Positions 26,132-35,707 of a DNA stretch of 64,000 bases are shown here, one piece after another. Under the pieces are notes generated by a model that worked only from the letters and a program-made list of their open reading frames with translations, was not told where the DNA came from and made no database searches. Both the position numbers and the translations under genes were made by a program. Where the stretch lies: positions 15,361-79,360 of the forward strand of contig DATCEH010000008.1 of the NCBI GenBank assembly GCA_036510225.1, read 5' to 3'. The stretch's first letter is position 1. Every line of letters begins with the position of its first letter. Source of the stretch: Solirubrobacteraceae bacterium (GTDB lineage: Bacteria; Actinomycetota; Thermoleophilia; Solirubrobacterales; Solirubrobacteraceae).

Positions 26132-26841
26132 GACACGTTCACCCCGAGGCGCAGCCCGTTGGCAGCGTTGACCTGGTCCGACGGGACTGGGTTGGCGATC
26201 ACGGTCGACAGATACTCGGGCGTGTTCGGCCCGACGTCCTTGCGAGTCCCGAGAGCGTTCAGCTGCACCGCGACGATGACCCGCCGAACGTCGGTATCAG
26301 TCGTCCCGGTGGCTCCGCCGGTCGCACCGGTGCAAAGGCCGCCCGGAGTGCTTCCCTGGCAGACGTCCGTCACTTGCGTGACGAACGTGTAGACCGTTGC
26401 GGTCGTTGAGCCGACCGTCACGTTCGGCTGGATCGGGGTGACCGCGCCGCTCGCGCTCTGGACAAGCGGCTCGGTCACGAGCACGGTTCCGGGACTCTGG
26501 TAGTTCTCCTCGACCTCCCAGTGCAGCAGGTCGCTCGTGATGAAGTCCGTCGGGTTGCTCGGGTCGCTGTCGAGGCCCGCCTTCGTCGGGATCGACGTCA
26601 TGGCGAGCGCGCCAAAGCCGTTCTGGCTTACCGCCTGGCGCACCTTCTCGATCTGAGATTGGGCGATCGACAGGAGAGTGACCTGTCGTCCGTTGGCCAG
26701 CGCGCTGGTGTTCGACTGCACGAACAGGTCGGCGCTCGCCCCGACCACGATCAGCGAGATCAAGAGCGTGATCATGACCTCGATCAGGGTCAGGCCTGAT
26801 TCGCCGGCCGCACGTCGGACGCCTCGCACGTTCACGACCAT
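26128..26841 (-). CDS. minor pilin, PilV-like
   Basis: Prepilin motif RRAAGESG|LTLIEVMITLLISLIVVGAS (Gly-1, Glu+5). 237 aa. Overlaps both flanking genes, suggesting translational coupling. Confidence 0.8.
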   Translation of the reverse strand: MVVNVRGVRRAAGESGLTLIEVMITLLISLIVVGASADLFVQSNTSALANGRQVTLLSIAQSQIEKVRQAVSQNGFGALAMTSIPTKAGLDSDPSNPTDFITSDLLHWEVEENYQSPGTVLVTEPLVQSASGAVTPIQPNVTVGSTTATVYTFVTQVTDVCQGSTPGGLCTGATGGATGTTDTDVRRVIVAVQLNALGTRKDVGPNTPEYLSTVIANPVPSDQVNAANGLRLGVNVS

Positions 26842-27560
26842 GCCCTCAGGTTGACGCCGGTCGTGACGGCGGCGGTACCCGAGCCCCTGACCACAACCTT
26901 GGCGTTGGGATCGTTCTGGCTGATCGCCTCGACGGCCAGGTTGACAGCCACGTAGACGGGGAAGCTCGGCGGAGACCCGGGTGGAGTGCCGCTGATCGCG
27001 GTGCCGATCGTGTTACCGGTCGTCCCGGTCGGGGTGATCGTCGCTGAGGAAACGCCGGCGACCTCGGACTGCTGGTTGCCGGCAACCGTGCACGACCCGC
27101 TGGCAAGCGCGGCCGTCGGCGCGACGCAGGTGCGGGTGCAGGACCCCGGCACGCCGCCGCTTGCCGCGGTACACGACCAGGTGAGGTGGTCGCAGGTGGT
27201 CGCTCCGGAGCATCCTCCGGCGGGGGCGATGTAGAAGCTCGCGGAGAACGCGGCGCTCACTCCGGTCGTGTAGGTGATCACGACAGGCGTGTCGTTGCCG
27301 AGCGTCGCGGTCGAGTCAGCGTTGTTCTGAGCCTCGCGAATGTCGCGCGTGAACAGGGCGAGGCCGGTCTCGGCCTGGCGTGTCGCGAAAGTCCGGCTGG
27401 ACACTCCGTCCTGCTGGTCGATCGAGACGATCAGGAAGGTCATCAGGCCACCCGCGAGGACGAGCCCCGCGGCCATCGCAACGAGCAGCTCGATCAGGGT
27501 GAAGCCGTCCGCTGAGCGGAGCGAAGGGCGAGAGCGGTGGTTGTGGAGGGAGGTCGACAT
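26832..27560 (-). CDS. minor pilin, PilW-like
   Basis: From ATG 27560: MSTSLHNHRSRPSLRSADG|FTLIELLVAMAAGLVLAGGLMTFLI. 242 aa with Cys-rich middle and C-terminal parts. The track ORF 26832..27710 is over-extended. Confidence 0.8.
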   Translation of the reverse strand: MSTSLHNHRSRPSLRSADGFTLIELLVAMAAGLVLAGGLMTFLIVSIDQQDGVSSRTFATRQAETGLALFTRDIREAQNNADSTATLGNDTPVVITYTTGVSAAFSASFYIAPAGGCSGATTCDHLTWSCTAASGGVPGSCTRTCVAPTAALASGSCTVAGNQQSEVAGVSSATITPTGTTGNTIGTAISGTPPGSPPSFPVYVAVNLAVEAISQNDPNAKVVVRGSGTAAVTTGVNLRAWS

Positions 27561-27987
27561 CGAAGCTGAGCGGAGGAACGGGGTTCGTCCGGCTAGGTCA
27601 AGTGTCGGCGCACGGCCGATGGTCCTTGAGTCCAAATCGCAGGGCGATGCAACTTCCGTCCATGCGGCGGAGCGACCGCCCGCGCGCAGCGACTCGCCTC
27701 GCCCAGGCACACGACGCCCCCGAAGCCACCCGGTGCCGAGCCCCCGCTGTTGCCACGAGGGCTCTGCGGCCCCGGACCTCTTGTCGCTTGCGGCCGCCGG
27801 CAGGTGACCGGCCTTCCCTCCAACCCGGAACCGACGGGGGACGGCGGTCCCCCGGCGCGCGTACGCCGCGGGCCAGAGCCCGCTGCGAACCCGCTAAGCC
27901 GCCGGGATCAGTGCCGTCGGCATACGCTCAGCTAACCGCCGGCGGTCTGCCACCCTCGGTGGGACAGCTCCGGCTCCCCGGCTCGCC

Positions 27988-28371
27988 TCAATAACCGCCG
28001 GCGATGCAGGCGCCGGCGGAGCCGAACAGATCCTTGAAGATCTTTGCCGGCGCGACCGAGCAGCTGAAGCCGCCGACCCCGTAGGCGGTCACCCGCCACT
28101 TGCCGTTGAGCGTGTGGAGCAGGGCCTTCGACGCGCCCGACTTGTGCGAGGTCAGCTTGACCAGGGCGTAGCTGTGGTTGGCCGTCGAGACGACGATCTT
28201 CGAGACCTTGGCGTCCGACGGGGCCTTCGAGTGCTTCGCGTGAATATACGTATGCATCACCTTGTCGATCGCCGAGTGCTCCTTCTTCGTGGGCGCCCGG
28301 TGGGCGAGCGCCGGTGAGGCGCCGAGGACGAGCAGGCTGGCCAGGGCGAGGAGGATCGGGAGGCGTCGCAT
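27988..28371 (-). CDS. small secreted protein, unknown function
   Basis: From ATG 28371: MRRLPILLALASLLVLGASPALA|HRAPTKKEH..., a clear Sec signal peptide. 127 aa. It is the only sensible part of track ORF 27988..29094. Confidence 0.65.
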   Translation of the reverse strand: MRRLPILLALASLLVLGASPALAHRAPTKKEHSAIDKVMHTYIHAKHSKAPSDAKVSKIVVSTANHSYALVKLTSHKSGASKALLHTLNGKWRVTAYGVGGFSCSVAPAKIFKDLFGSAGACIAGGY

Positions 28372-28492
28372 AAGCCGGCAGGGTAGCGGTCGCACCGGAT
28401 CGGCGCGTCGCGTCCGGTTCGGGCGCTCTACTCTGGAGGTAGGCCGACCCGCCATCGGCCGCCAACCGCGATTCACGAGAGGAAGCACCAGC

Positions 28493-28969
28493 ATGACCGA
28501 AGCGAACGTGATCACCGCCGAAGGCCTGAGCGCCTTGAACGCAGAACTCGAGGAGCTCGAAGGCCCAAGTCGCCGGGAGATCGCCGAGCGCATCAAGACC
28601 GCCCGGGAGTGGGGCGACCTGAAGGAGAACAGCGAGTACCACGACGCCAAGAACGACCAGTCGCACCTCGAGCGCAAGATCGCGATGCTCCGCGAGCGGA
28701 TCTCCCGGTCGGAGATCATCGAGCCCGAGGCGACCGGCACGGGCACCGACGGGGTCGTCTCGTTCGGCTCGACGGTCGTCGTCGCCGACGAGGCCGGCGG
28801 CGAGCAGACCTGGACGCTCGTCAGCTCGCACGAGGCCGCTCCCAAGGAGGGCCGCCTGTCGATCGAGTCGCCGGTCGCGAAGGCGCTGACCGGCCGCCGG
28901 GCCGGCGACACGACGACGATCGCCCTCCCCCGCGGGGCCCGGACCCTGCGGATCGTCAGCGTTACCTGA
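28493..28969 (+). CDS. greA: transcription elongation factor GreA
   Basis: From ATG 28493 (GAGAGGAAG upstream): MTEANVITAEGLSALNAELEELEG...REIAERIKTAREWGDLKENSEYHDAKNDQSHLERKIAMLRERI...SPVAKALTGRRAGD. Canonical GreA N-terminal coiled coil and C-terminal domain. Confidence 0.93.
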   Translation: MTEANVITAEGLSALNAELEELEGPSRREIAERIKTAREWGDLKENSEYHDAKNDQSHLERKIAMLRERISRSEIIEPEATGTGTDGVVSFGSTVVVADEAGGEQTWTLVSSHEAAPKEGRLSIESPVAKALTGRRAGDTTTIALPRGARTLRIVSVT

Positions 28970-29768
28970 GCAGAGCCGACCGCCCGACCCAGGTCCTCGA
29001 CGTCCACGGCGCGCGGGTTCTCGAGGCCCGGGCCGGCGGCGGTGTGGTCGAGATCGTCGCGCCGTACGCCAGCAGGCCGTTGCGGTAGACGCACTGGAAC
29101 TGGCCGAGCCCGCCCGGGCTGATCGTGTAGGTCGCCGTGGTAACGTCGTCACAGTTGCCGTGGGCCCTGCTCGCGCGCCAGGCGGTCTCGGTCGACTTTC
29201 CGAGCGCCAGCACGGGCGCCCAGGTCGGGACGCTCAGACCGAGCACCTCGCCCGGCGCAACGGCGAGCGGCTCCGCCAGCTTGAAGACGGAGGTCTCTCC
29301 CAGCAGCGGCGCCAGCGCGACCAGCGGCGTCACGCCGACCACCCGGAACCGGTAGTTGGATCCCTGGCGCAGGATGACCAGCGCCGCATACGGGAACCCG
29401 CCGGCCAGCTGGTCGAAGAAGTTGATCTCGTCGGCGTCGGGCTTGGATAGGGTGATCGTCCAGCTCACGACGACGCCGGCGTGACCGACGACCATCGCGT
29501 TGTGGCTACCCGCCACCGCTGCCTGGAAGCCGGTCGTCCGGGTCAGCGCCTGGCAGGGGAGTCCGGGGCAGCTGGGGGAACCGGGCGAAGCCGCCGTGCC
29601 GAGTCGCTGGACGGCCGCCCCTGCGCTTGTCGACCACGAGAGGACGCCGACCGCGGCCAGCGTGCCCAGTGCGGCGCGGGTGCCGACGACCCTCCGCGAC
29701 GACTGAGCGCCGTCGGGCGCCGATCTGTCGAAGCTCGCCCTGGCTGGACGTGAACGGTTCGATGACAT
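28962..29768 (-). CDS. secreted hypothetical protein
   Basis: 268-aa ORF with an Arg-rich N-terminus followed by a hydrophobic stretch (ALGTLAAVGVLSWSTSAGAAV). Coherent non-shadow composition through the middle. Converges on greA with an 8-nt overlap. No family recognised. Confidence 0.5.
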   Translation of the reverse strand: MSSNRSRPARASFDRSAPDGAQSSRRVVGTRAALGTLAAVGVLSWSTSAGAAVQRLGTAASPGSPSCPGLPCQALTRTTGFQAAVAGSHNAMVVGHAGVVVSWTITLSKPDADEINFFDQLAGGFPYAALVILRQGSNYRFRVVGVTPLVALAPLLGETSVFKLAEPLAVAPGEVLGLSVPTWAPVLALGKSTETAWRASRAHGNCDDVTTATYTISPGGLGQFQCVYRNGLLAYGATISTTPPPARASRTRAPWTSRTWVGRSALLR

Positions 29769-29861
29769 TTTCGCAGCGCAAGAGTACGGAATGTCGGGCT
29801 GCCGCGAGACGGCGGCGTCTGGCGCGTCATCGCGTCGGCCTCGCCGGTTCGCGGGCTACGA

Positions 29862-30524
29862 TTGGTGTGGATGCGCCCGGCCGCCCTGCTCGACATCGAC
29901 GGAACGCTCGTCGACACCAATTATCAGCACGCGCTCGCGTGGTACCGGGCGTTCCGCGAGCACGGCCTGGTCTTCCCGATCTGGCGGCTCCACCGGCACA
30001 TCGGCATGGGCGGAGACCAGCTGGTCGAGGCGATCGCCGGCGAGGACGTCGACCGCGAGCACGGGGATTCGATCCGCGCCGTCGAGAAGGACCGCTACCA
30101 CGAGCTGATCGGCGAGGTCGAGCTGATGCCGGACGCGCGGCGCCTGATCACCCGGCTCAGCGACCGCGGCCACGCGGTGGTGCTCGCGAGCTCGGCCAGC
30201 GCCGAGGATCTCGCGCACTACCGGGGGATGCTCGACGTCGACGAGTCGATCGCCGACGCGACGTCGAGCGACGATGTCGAGGAGACGAAGCCGGCGCCCG
30301 ACCTGATCCAGGCGGCGATCGCCAAGGTCTCGGACGGCGCGGACGCCGTGATGGTCGGCGACTCGACCTGGGACTGCGAGGCCGCCCAGCGGGCGGGCAT
30401 CCCGTCGATCGCCCTGCTGACCGGCGGCTTCGGCGAGGACGAGCTCCGGGCGGCCGGGGCGAGCGCGGTGTTCGAGTCGCTCGGCGCCCTGCTCGAGCGG
30501 ATCGACGAGACGCCGCTCAGATGA
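29862..30524 (+). CDS. HAD-superfamily hydrolase (phosphatase-like)
   Basis: Motif I LLDIDGTLVDT, motif II VLASSA, and motifs III/IV K...VGDSTWD. 220 aa; the start may be the internal MRPAALL. Confidence 0.85.
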   Translation: MVWMRPAALLDIDGTLVDTNYQHALAWYRAFREHGLVFPIWRLHRHIGMGGDQLVEAIAGEDVDREHGDSIRAVEKDRYHELIGEVELMPDARRLITRLSDRGHAVVLASSASAEDLAHYRGMLDVDESIADATSSDDVEETKPAPDLIQAAIAKVSDGADAVMVGDSTWDCEAAQRAGIPSIALLTGGFGEDELRAAGASAVFESLGALLERIDETPLR

Positions 30525-30801
30525 GGCTGTCGCCCTTGGGCGGGATCACCCACATCTTCTTGGCCATCGTGTCGAGCGTCTGCGGGTCGAGGTCGGCGAT
30601 CTTCTCGAAGCCGGCCTTCTCCATCAGCCGCACGAGGTCCCCCCACGCGCGGGCGACCGGCAGCACGCGGTTCATGCCCCAGCCGGCGACGTCCTTGAGC
30701 TCCTTGGCCCGGGCTCGGGCCTCGTCGAGCGTGATCTCGCCGAAGTGCTTCTCGGCTCCGCCGATGTGGACGGGACGGGTCAGCGTGTCTTCGCTCATCA
30801 C
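30517..30801 (-). CDS. conserved-looking hypothetical protein
   Basis: 94-aa ORF with balanced composition (MMSEDTLTRPVHIGGAEKHFGEITLDEARARAKELKDVAGWGMNRVLP...). No family recognised. Confidence 0.55.
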   Translation of the reverse strand: MMSEDTLTRPVHIGGAEKHFGEITLDEARARAKELKDVAGWGMNRVLPVARAWGDLVRLMEKAGFEKIADLDPQTLDTMAKKMWVIPPKGDSLI

Positions 30802-30846
30802 TGCAGCCTAGTCCCTGCGGCGGCCCGAGCCGCCAGACCTGGCCGG

Positions 30847-31749
30847 TCAGGCGAGCACACGGCGGCGGAAGTTCCGCAGGCCGAGCGTCAGGAAGACGGC
30901 GCAGAACCCGACGAGCACGGGATAGACGATGTAGAGGTGCATGTGCGAGGCATGGGTCAGGCCGGCCCGCATGCCCTCGGCGACGTAGATCAGCGGATTG
31001 ACGAGGACGAGGATCTGCAGCCAGTGAACGCCGTGGAACTGGACCGGCGCGAGCCGCGTCCACTGGTAGTAGGTCCCCCCGAGGAAGGTCAGCGGGAGCA
31101 CGACGAAGCCGAACATCAGGCCGAGGTTCCGTGGCTCGAACTTGGTCCCGAGCAGCAGCCCGAGCGAGGTCATCGTGACGCAGGCCAGCGGGATCAGGGT
31201 GATGATGACCGGCCAGCGAACCGCCAGATGGGCGTGGACGCCCGACGCGTGGACGACGGCTGCGATCGGGAAGACGATCACCGCGGCGATCAGGCCCTGG
31301 GTCGCCCCGGAGAGCACCTTGGCCATCGCGACGAGCCAGATCGGGCACGGCGCCTGGACGCGATCCTCGATCTCCCTGGTGTAGCCGAACTCCTGCGAGA
31401 GCTGGATCGCGACGGCCTGGATGCCCTGGAACATGATCGTGATCGCGACGACCCCGGGAACGAGGACGGTCGCGAACGCCGACTCGCCCCCCGCCCCACC
31501 AGCCCCGCCGCCGATCCCCTGACCGATCGTGGGGAAGACGTCGAGGAAGACGAAGACGAGGAGGAACGGCTGGATAAGTGTGCGGACGATGAACTCGCCT
31601 TTGTTCTTCCAGAGCACGGTCAAGTCACGCAGGATGAGGGCAACGAGCGCGGCCCGGCTGGCCGCGGCCATCGTCCGGCTCGGCTCGATCGCGATCCTCG
31701 GGCGGTCCGCCGCGGCAGGCTCCGGCGTGGTCGGCGTCGTGGTCGCCAT
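30847..31749 (-). CDS. ABC-2 type transporter permease
   Basis: 300 aa with six hydrophobic segments. Immediately downstream of, and overlapping, the ATPase gene. Typical DrrB/NodJ-like organisation. Confidence 0.85.
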   Translation of the reverse strand: MATTTPTTPEPAAADRPRIAIEPSRTMAAASRAALVALILRDLTVLWKNKGEFIVRTLIQPFLLVFVFLDVFPTIGQGIGGGAGGAGGESAFATVLVPGVVAITIMFQGIQAVAIQLSQEFGYTREIEDRVQAPCPIWLVAMAKVLSGATQGLIAAVIVFPIAAVVHASGVHAHLAVRWPVIITLIPLACVTMTSLGLLLGTKFEPRNLGLMFGFVVLPLTFLGGTYYQWTRLAPVQFHGVHWLQILVLVNPLIYVAEGMRAGLTHASHMHLYIVYPVLVGFCAVFLTLGLRNFRRRVLA

Positions 31750-32741
31750 CAGTCGCGGAGCTCCTTGCCGGTGAGCTGGATGAAGACGGTCTCGAGCGAC
31801 GGCTCGGCGACCGAGATGTCGACCAGATCGAAGCCGCCGGACTCGGCCGCCGTGACGACTCGCGGGACGAGCCGGTCGGCCCCGGTCACGTGGAGCTCGA
31901 CGCCGCCGTCGAGCACGCGCGAGCGCGTCACCCCGGGGATCTCTCTCGTCAGGTGCCCGGCGAGCGCCTCGCCGTCACCACCGGCCTTGACCGTGACGAT
32001 CGTGTCCGCGCCGATCGACCGCTTGAGCGCGGCCGGGGTGTCGAGCGCGAGGATCCTCCCGTGGTCCATGATCGCGACCCGGCCGCAGAGCTGGTCGGCC
32101 TCCTCCATGTAGTGCGTGGTCAGGAGGATCGTCTGGCCCTCGGCGTTCAGCTCGCCGAGGATCTCCCATAGGGCGAGCCGGCTCTGGGGATCGAGGCCGG
32201 CGGTCGGCTCGTCGAGGAAGAGGACGGCGGGCCGGTGGAAGATCGCCCGGGCGACCATCAGCCGCTGGGCCATCCCGCCCGACAGCGCGAAGACCGATTT
32301 CGAAGCCCATTTGGAGAGCTGGAACTTGTCGAGCAGCTCGGCCGCGATCCGCCGGGAGTCGGCCGCCGGCATGCCGAACAGCCGGCCGTGGAAGTAGAGG
32401 TTCTCGGTGACCGTCAGCTGGCGATCGAGCGTGTTGCTCTGGGAGACGATCCCGATCAGCTGCTTTGCGAGCGCCGGCTGTGCGACGACGTCGATCGACC
32501 CGACCCAGGCCCGCCCGGCGGTCGGGATGACGCGTGTCGTGAGCATCCCGGCCGTCGTCGTCTTGCCGGCCCCGTTGGGGCCGAGCAGGCCGAAGATCTC
32601 GCCGGCGTCGACGGTGAGGTCGAGCTCGTCGACCGCTGCCAGCTCACTCCCGGCGTAGACCTTCGTCAGGCCTTCGGTGCGGATCACGGCCGCAACGGTC
32701 GGATCCGGCTGCGACGTCGGACTGGTTTCGGTGGCCGCCAT
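31749..32741 (-). CDS. ABC transporter ATP-binding protein (DrrA-like)
   Basis: Walker A GLLGPNGAGKTTT, Q-loop, signature LSGGMAQRLMVARA, Walker B VLFLDEPTAGLD, H-loop TTHYMEEA. Confidence 0.93.
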   Translation of the reverse strand: MAATETSPTSQPDPTVAAVIRTEGLTKVYAGSELAAVDELDLTVDAGEIFGLLGPNGAGKTTTAGMLTTRVIPTAGRAWVGSIDVVAQPALAKQLIGIVSQSNTLDRQLTVTENLYFHGRLFGMPAADSRRIAAELLDKFQLSKWASKSVFALSGGMAQRLMVARAIFHRPAVLFLDEPTAGLDPQSRLALWEILGELNAEGQTILLTTHYMEEADQLCGRVAIMDHGRILALDTPAALKRSIGADTIVTVKAGGDGEALAGHLTREIPGVTRSRVLDGGVELHVTGADRLVPRVVTAAESGGFDLVDISVAEPSLETVFIQLTGKELRD

Positions 32742-32751
32742 GTCCCGTGGA

Positions 32752-33729
32752 TCAGCCGAGCGTCGCCCGGTCGTGCGGTGCGGCGAAGTCGATCATCGGT
32801 CCGACGGGGACGATCCCGGACGGGTTGATTCCCGGATGGGTCGCGTAGTAGTGGCGCTTGATGTGGTCGAGATCGACCGTCTGGGCGACCGCGGCCGTCT
32901 GGTAGAGGTCGCGGACGTAGGGCCAGAGGTTCGGGTAGTCGACGATCCGCCGGATGTTGCACTTGAAGTGGCCGACGTAGACCGGGTCGAAGCGGACGAG
33001 CGTCGGGAAGAGCCGCCAGTCGGCGAGCGTCTGCTCGCTCCCGAACAGGTACCGCTGGCCGGCCAGGCGCCGGTCGAGCCGGTCGAGCGTCTCGAAGAGC
33101 GGGAGCACGGCCTCCTCGTAGGCCGCCTGCGACTTGGCGAACCCGGCCCGGTAGACGCCGTTGTTGACGCGCTCGTAGATCTCCGCGTTCAGTTCGTCGA
33201 TCGACCCGCGCAGCCCGTCTGGGTAATAGTCGAGCTCGGGATGCCCGGCGAGGGCGTCGAACGCGCTGTTGAGCATCACCACGATGTCGGCCGACTCGTT
33301 GTTGACGATCTGGCCGGTCTGGGTGTCCCAGAGCACCGGGACGGTGACGCGCGCGTCGAATTCGGGGTCGCTGGCGGTGTACGCCTCCGAGAGGTACTCC
33401 CAGCCGTGGAGCGGGTCCCCGGTGGCGCCGCGGACGTCCCGAAAGGCCCAGCCTTTGTCGTCGCGGATCGGATCGACGATCGAGAGACCGATCGCGTCCT
33501 CGAGTCCCTTCAGGCTGCGGAGGATCACCGTCCGGTGGGCCCACGGGCACGCGAGCGACACATACAGGTGGTAGCGGCCGGCCTCGGCGGCGAAGCCCGA
33601 GCTCGCGTCGGCGGTGACCCAGTTGCGGAAGCGGCTTCCCTGGCGGACGAACCGCCCGTCGTCGGCCTGCTCGCCCTTCGCGAGCGTCGGCTCGAGCGCG
33701 GACTGGTGGTTGGCGGTGGGGCCTGTCAT
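32752..33729 (-). CDS. glutathionyl-hydroquinone reductase (Xi-class glutathione S-transferase, YqjG-like)
   Basis: GRYHLYVSLACPWAHRTVILRSLKGLEDAIGLSIV with the diagnostic CPWAHR motif. Also VPVLWD, GVYRAGFA and HIKRHYY. Confidence 0.9.
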   Translation of the reverse strand: MTGPTANHQSALEPTLAKGEQADDGRFVRQGSRFRNWVTADASSGFAAEAGRYHLYVSLACPWAHRTVILRSLKGLEDAIGLSIVDPIRDDKGWAFRDVRGATGDPLHGWEYLSEAYTASDPEFDARVTVPVLWDTQTGQIVNNESADIVVMLNSAFDALAGHPELDYYPDGLRGSIDELNAEIYERVNNGVYRAGFAKSQAAYEEAVLPLFETLDRLDRRLAGQRYLFGSEQTLADWRLFPTLVRFDPVYVGHFKCNIRRIVDYPNLWPYVRDLYQTAAVAQTVDLDHIKRHYYATHPGINPSGIVPVGPMIDFAAPHDRATLG

Positions 33730-33995
33730 GTATCGCCCTGTTCGGAGCGAGCGCGCTCCTCGAGCTTCTCCCGGAGGTAGGACGCCTGCTCCGAGCGCCG
33801 GGCGTGGGTGTGCTCCTCCGCGGGGTCGCAGTCCTCGCCGGTGCGCTGCGCGGCGAGCGTCGCCAGCCGCGCCTCCGCTTCCTCGCGCCGGCGCTGAGCA
33901 TCCACCATGGTCGCCGTGTCGGGATCGTGTTCGATCTCCTGATCCTGGCAGATCGCGCTCAGCAGGTCACGGGGCTTCTCGCGCCGGTCAGCCAA
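33726..33995 (-). CDS. small acidic hypothetical protein
   Basis: 89-aa ORF whose stop overlaps the downstream ATG (ATGA), suggesting translational coupling. Highly charged. No family recognised. Confidence 0.45.
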   Translation of the reverse strand: MADRREKPRDLLSAICQDQEIEHDPDTATMVDAQRRREEAEARLATLAAQRTGEDCDPAEEHTHARRSEQASYLREKLEERARSEQGDT

Positions 33996-34164
33996 GCGAC
34001 CTGCGCCCGGCTGTCGGCTGCGGGTGGACCCGACGGCCGTAGCGGCGCTGTCCGCGGACCCGTATCCTCATCTTGAGTAGAGGGCATGTTTCTGAGGTTG
34101 GGCCGTCGATCGCCCAGCAGCGGGAAGTGACTTCGGAGGGTTCGACCTGCCCCGGAGGTCCGCT

Positions 34165-34521
34165 GTGCTCCAAACGCCACACCCCGCCCGCTGCCGGCGG
34201 TTGCCGCGCGCCTCGCGCGAAGCGCGGGCCGCTCTCACCGGGGTTGGCATCGCGGCGCTACTGATCGTCCCCGTCGCGATCAGGCTCATGCCGGGCAGCG
34301 CCGTCGGGACGAACCTCGCGGCGGCGAGCACGAGCACGCGAGCATTTCCGACGTTCTGGGTCGTCCACGCCGGCCAGACGCTCGGCGTGGTCTCGGCGGC
34401 GACGGGACTCAGCGTGGCCGCGATCGAGCAGCTCAACCCCCACGCCGATCCCGGCGAGCTGATCCCCGGCCAGCGCATCAGGCTCCGCCCGACGGCGCCC
34501 AGACCACCGCGCAAACCGTGA
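34165..34521 (+). CDS. LysM-domain protein
   Basis: N-terminal TM/signal-anchor (GVGIAALLIVPVAI). The C-terminal VVHAGQTLGVVSAATGLSVAAIEQLNPHADPGELIPGQRIRL is a LysM motif. Confidence 0.7.
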   Translation: MLQTPHPARCRRLPRASREARAALTGVGIAALLIVPVAIRLMPGSAVGTNLAAASTSTRAFPTFWVVHAGQTLGVVSAATGLSVAAIEQLNPHADPGELIPGQRIRLRPTAPRPPRKP

Positions 34522-34847
34522 GCGCCGGCGGCCAGCCGACCGGCGATCCACCTCGTTGAGGTACTTCGCCAGGGACTGCGCGATGTGCTCCTCGCCGCGG
34601 GCGCTGCGAGCCCAAACCGTCTCATGCGTCGGGACGTCGCCGAGGGCGAGGAATGAGACCTCCGACCCGCGGATGCGTGGCGCACGGACCGCTGTCAGGG
34701 CACAGGCGTTCGTGTGGACGAACTTCGGGGACACGATACGTCCCAGATTTCACTCGGCGACAGGCTCGGTGACGCGTGCAGCCACGTCGAAGCGGCGTTC
34801 TCGTGGCCTGCATATGCCGGAGGCCCCCAGCGCATGGTCGGCGCGGC

Positions 34848-35699
34848 TCACTTCTTGCCGAGGTCAGTCTGATGTGCGTCGAGTAGGCGGGCGGCCTCGC
34901 CGGCCAGCGCGGAAATGCCGCGAAGATCTTGGATGACCTGAGCTAGCGAGCTTCCTGGGTCCGTATGAGCCTCGGCGGCGTCGGAAACCGCTCGCATCGT
35001 GCGCCCCTCGAACTCCCAAGCTAAGTCGAGGGTCTGCCAGAGCTTCTCTACGGCTGTCGCGCCAGCGCCTGCAAGCAGTGTGCCGAGTTTCTCGGCGTTC
35101 TGCTGAGATGCCTCTGGACCTCGGCGGCAGATGAACGCGTTCCAGCGTTTGTCGAGTGCATCTCGACCGTCCGCGTCGAGGCTTGCCAGGCGGTGCGCCG
35201 GGTCAACGCCGAGCGCCCTAACGAGAAAGAGGTTCTTCAGCTGTGCGATACCGGGCTCGGCCAAGCCGTGACCAGCGGGCAGCCCGAACCGCGAGAAGTT
35301 GGTGCCGCCCGCTGACGCCGCGACGTCGTCTGCCTCTGCAGGCGTGATGATGGCAAACAGCAGGCGACCACGACCGCCGCTTCGGTCGGGCCGATTGCCA
35401 TACGCGGTCGGGATGTGGCAGTCATCCGACAGCAGCAATGCCCGACCCGGAAGGTTCATTGTGTCGCGGTGCTCGCGACCTTCGCGCTCGCGTCCCGAGC
35501 GGCCGTGGGCACGCAGGATGTCGCCGGCCAAAGGGAGCTTCTCGCTCGGCTCAGCGTAAAACGCGCCAGTCAAGGGCGCCTTCGGCGGAAACGCCGCCGT
35601 CGCCAAGCGAACGGCGTCACCCTGGAGATGCACGTCGAACAGGTACGGGGCTTCGAAGATGTCGCCGAACAGCACTTCGGGCCGCGGCTTGACGTACAC
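34848..35699 (-). CDS. uncharacterised protein B of the two-gene operon (possible MazF/PemK/CcdB-fold-like N-terminal half plus helical tail)
   Basis: 283-aa ORF with GTG start 8 nt after the stop of gene A. Non-shadow composition and locally lower GC. Motif order GDIFEAPYLFDV ... GRALLLSDDCHI ... GRLLFAIITPAEA ... FSRFGLPAGHGLAEPGIAQLKNLFLV ... RLASLD mimics the strand order of Kid/MazF-type toxins. This is an inference and unverified. Confidence 0.65.
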   Translation of the reverse strand: MYVKPRPEVLFGDIFEAPYLFDVHLQGDAVRLATAAFPPKAPLTGAFYAEPSEKLPLAGDILRAHGRSGREREGREHRDTMNLPGRALLLSDDCHIPTAYGNRPDRSGGRGRLLFAIITPAEADDVAASAGGTNFSRFGLPAGHGLAEPGIAQLKNLFLVRALGVDPAHRLASLDADGRDALDKRWNAFICRRGPEASQQNAEKLGTLLAGAGATAVEKLWQTLDLAWEFEGRTMRAVSDAAEAHTDPGSSLAQVIQDLRGISALAGEAARLLDAHQTDLGKK

Positions 35700-35707
35700 C
35701 GTGTCGG

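Noticed and set aside
34258-34734. 158-aa minus-strand ORF at the left island border (MSPKFVHTNACALTAVRAPRIRGSEVSFLALGDVPTHETVWARSARGEEHIAQSLAKYLNEVD...)
   Set aside because: The first 60 or so residues look protein-like, but the remainder is Arg-rich and runs antisense through the LysM gene. It may be a 5' fragment of a gene truncated at the island junction. I cannot support a call.
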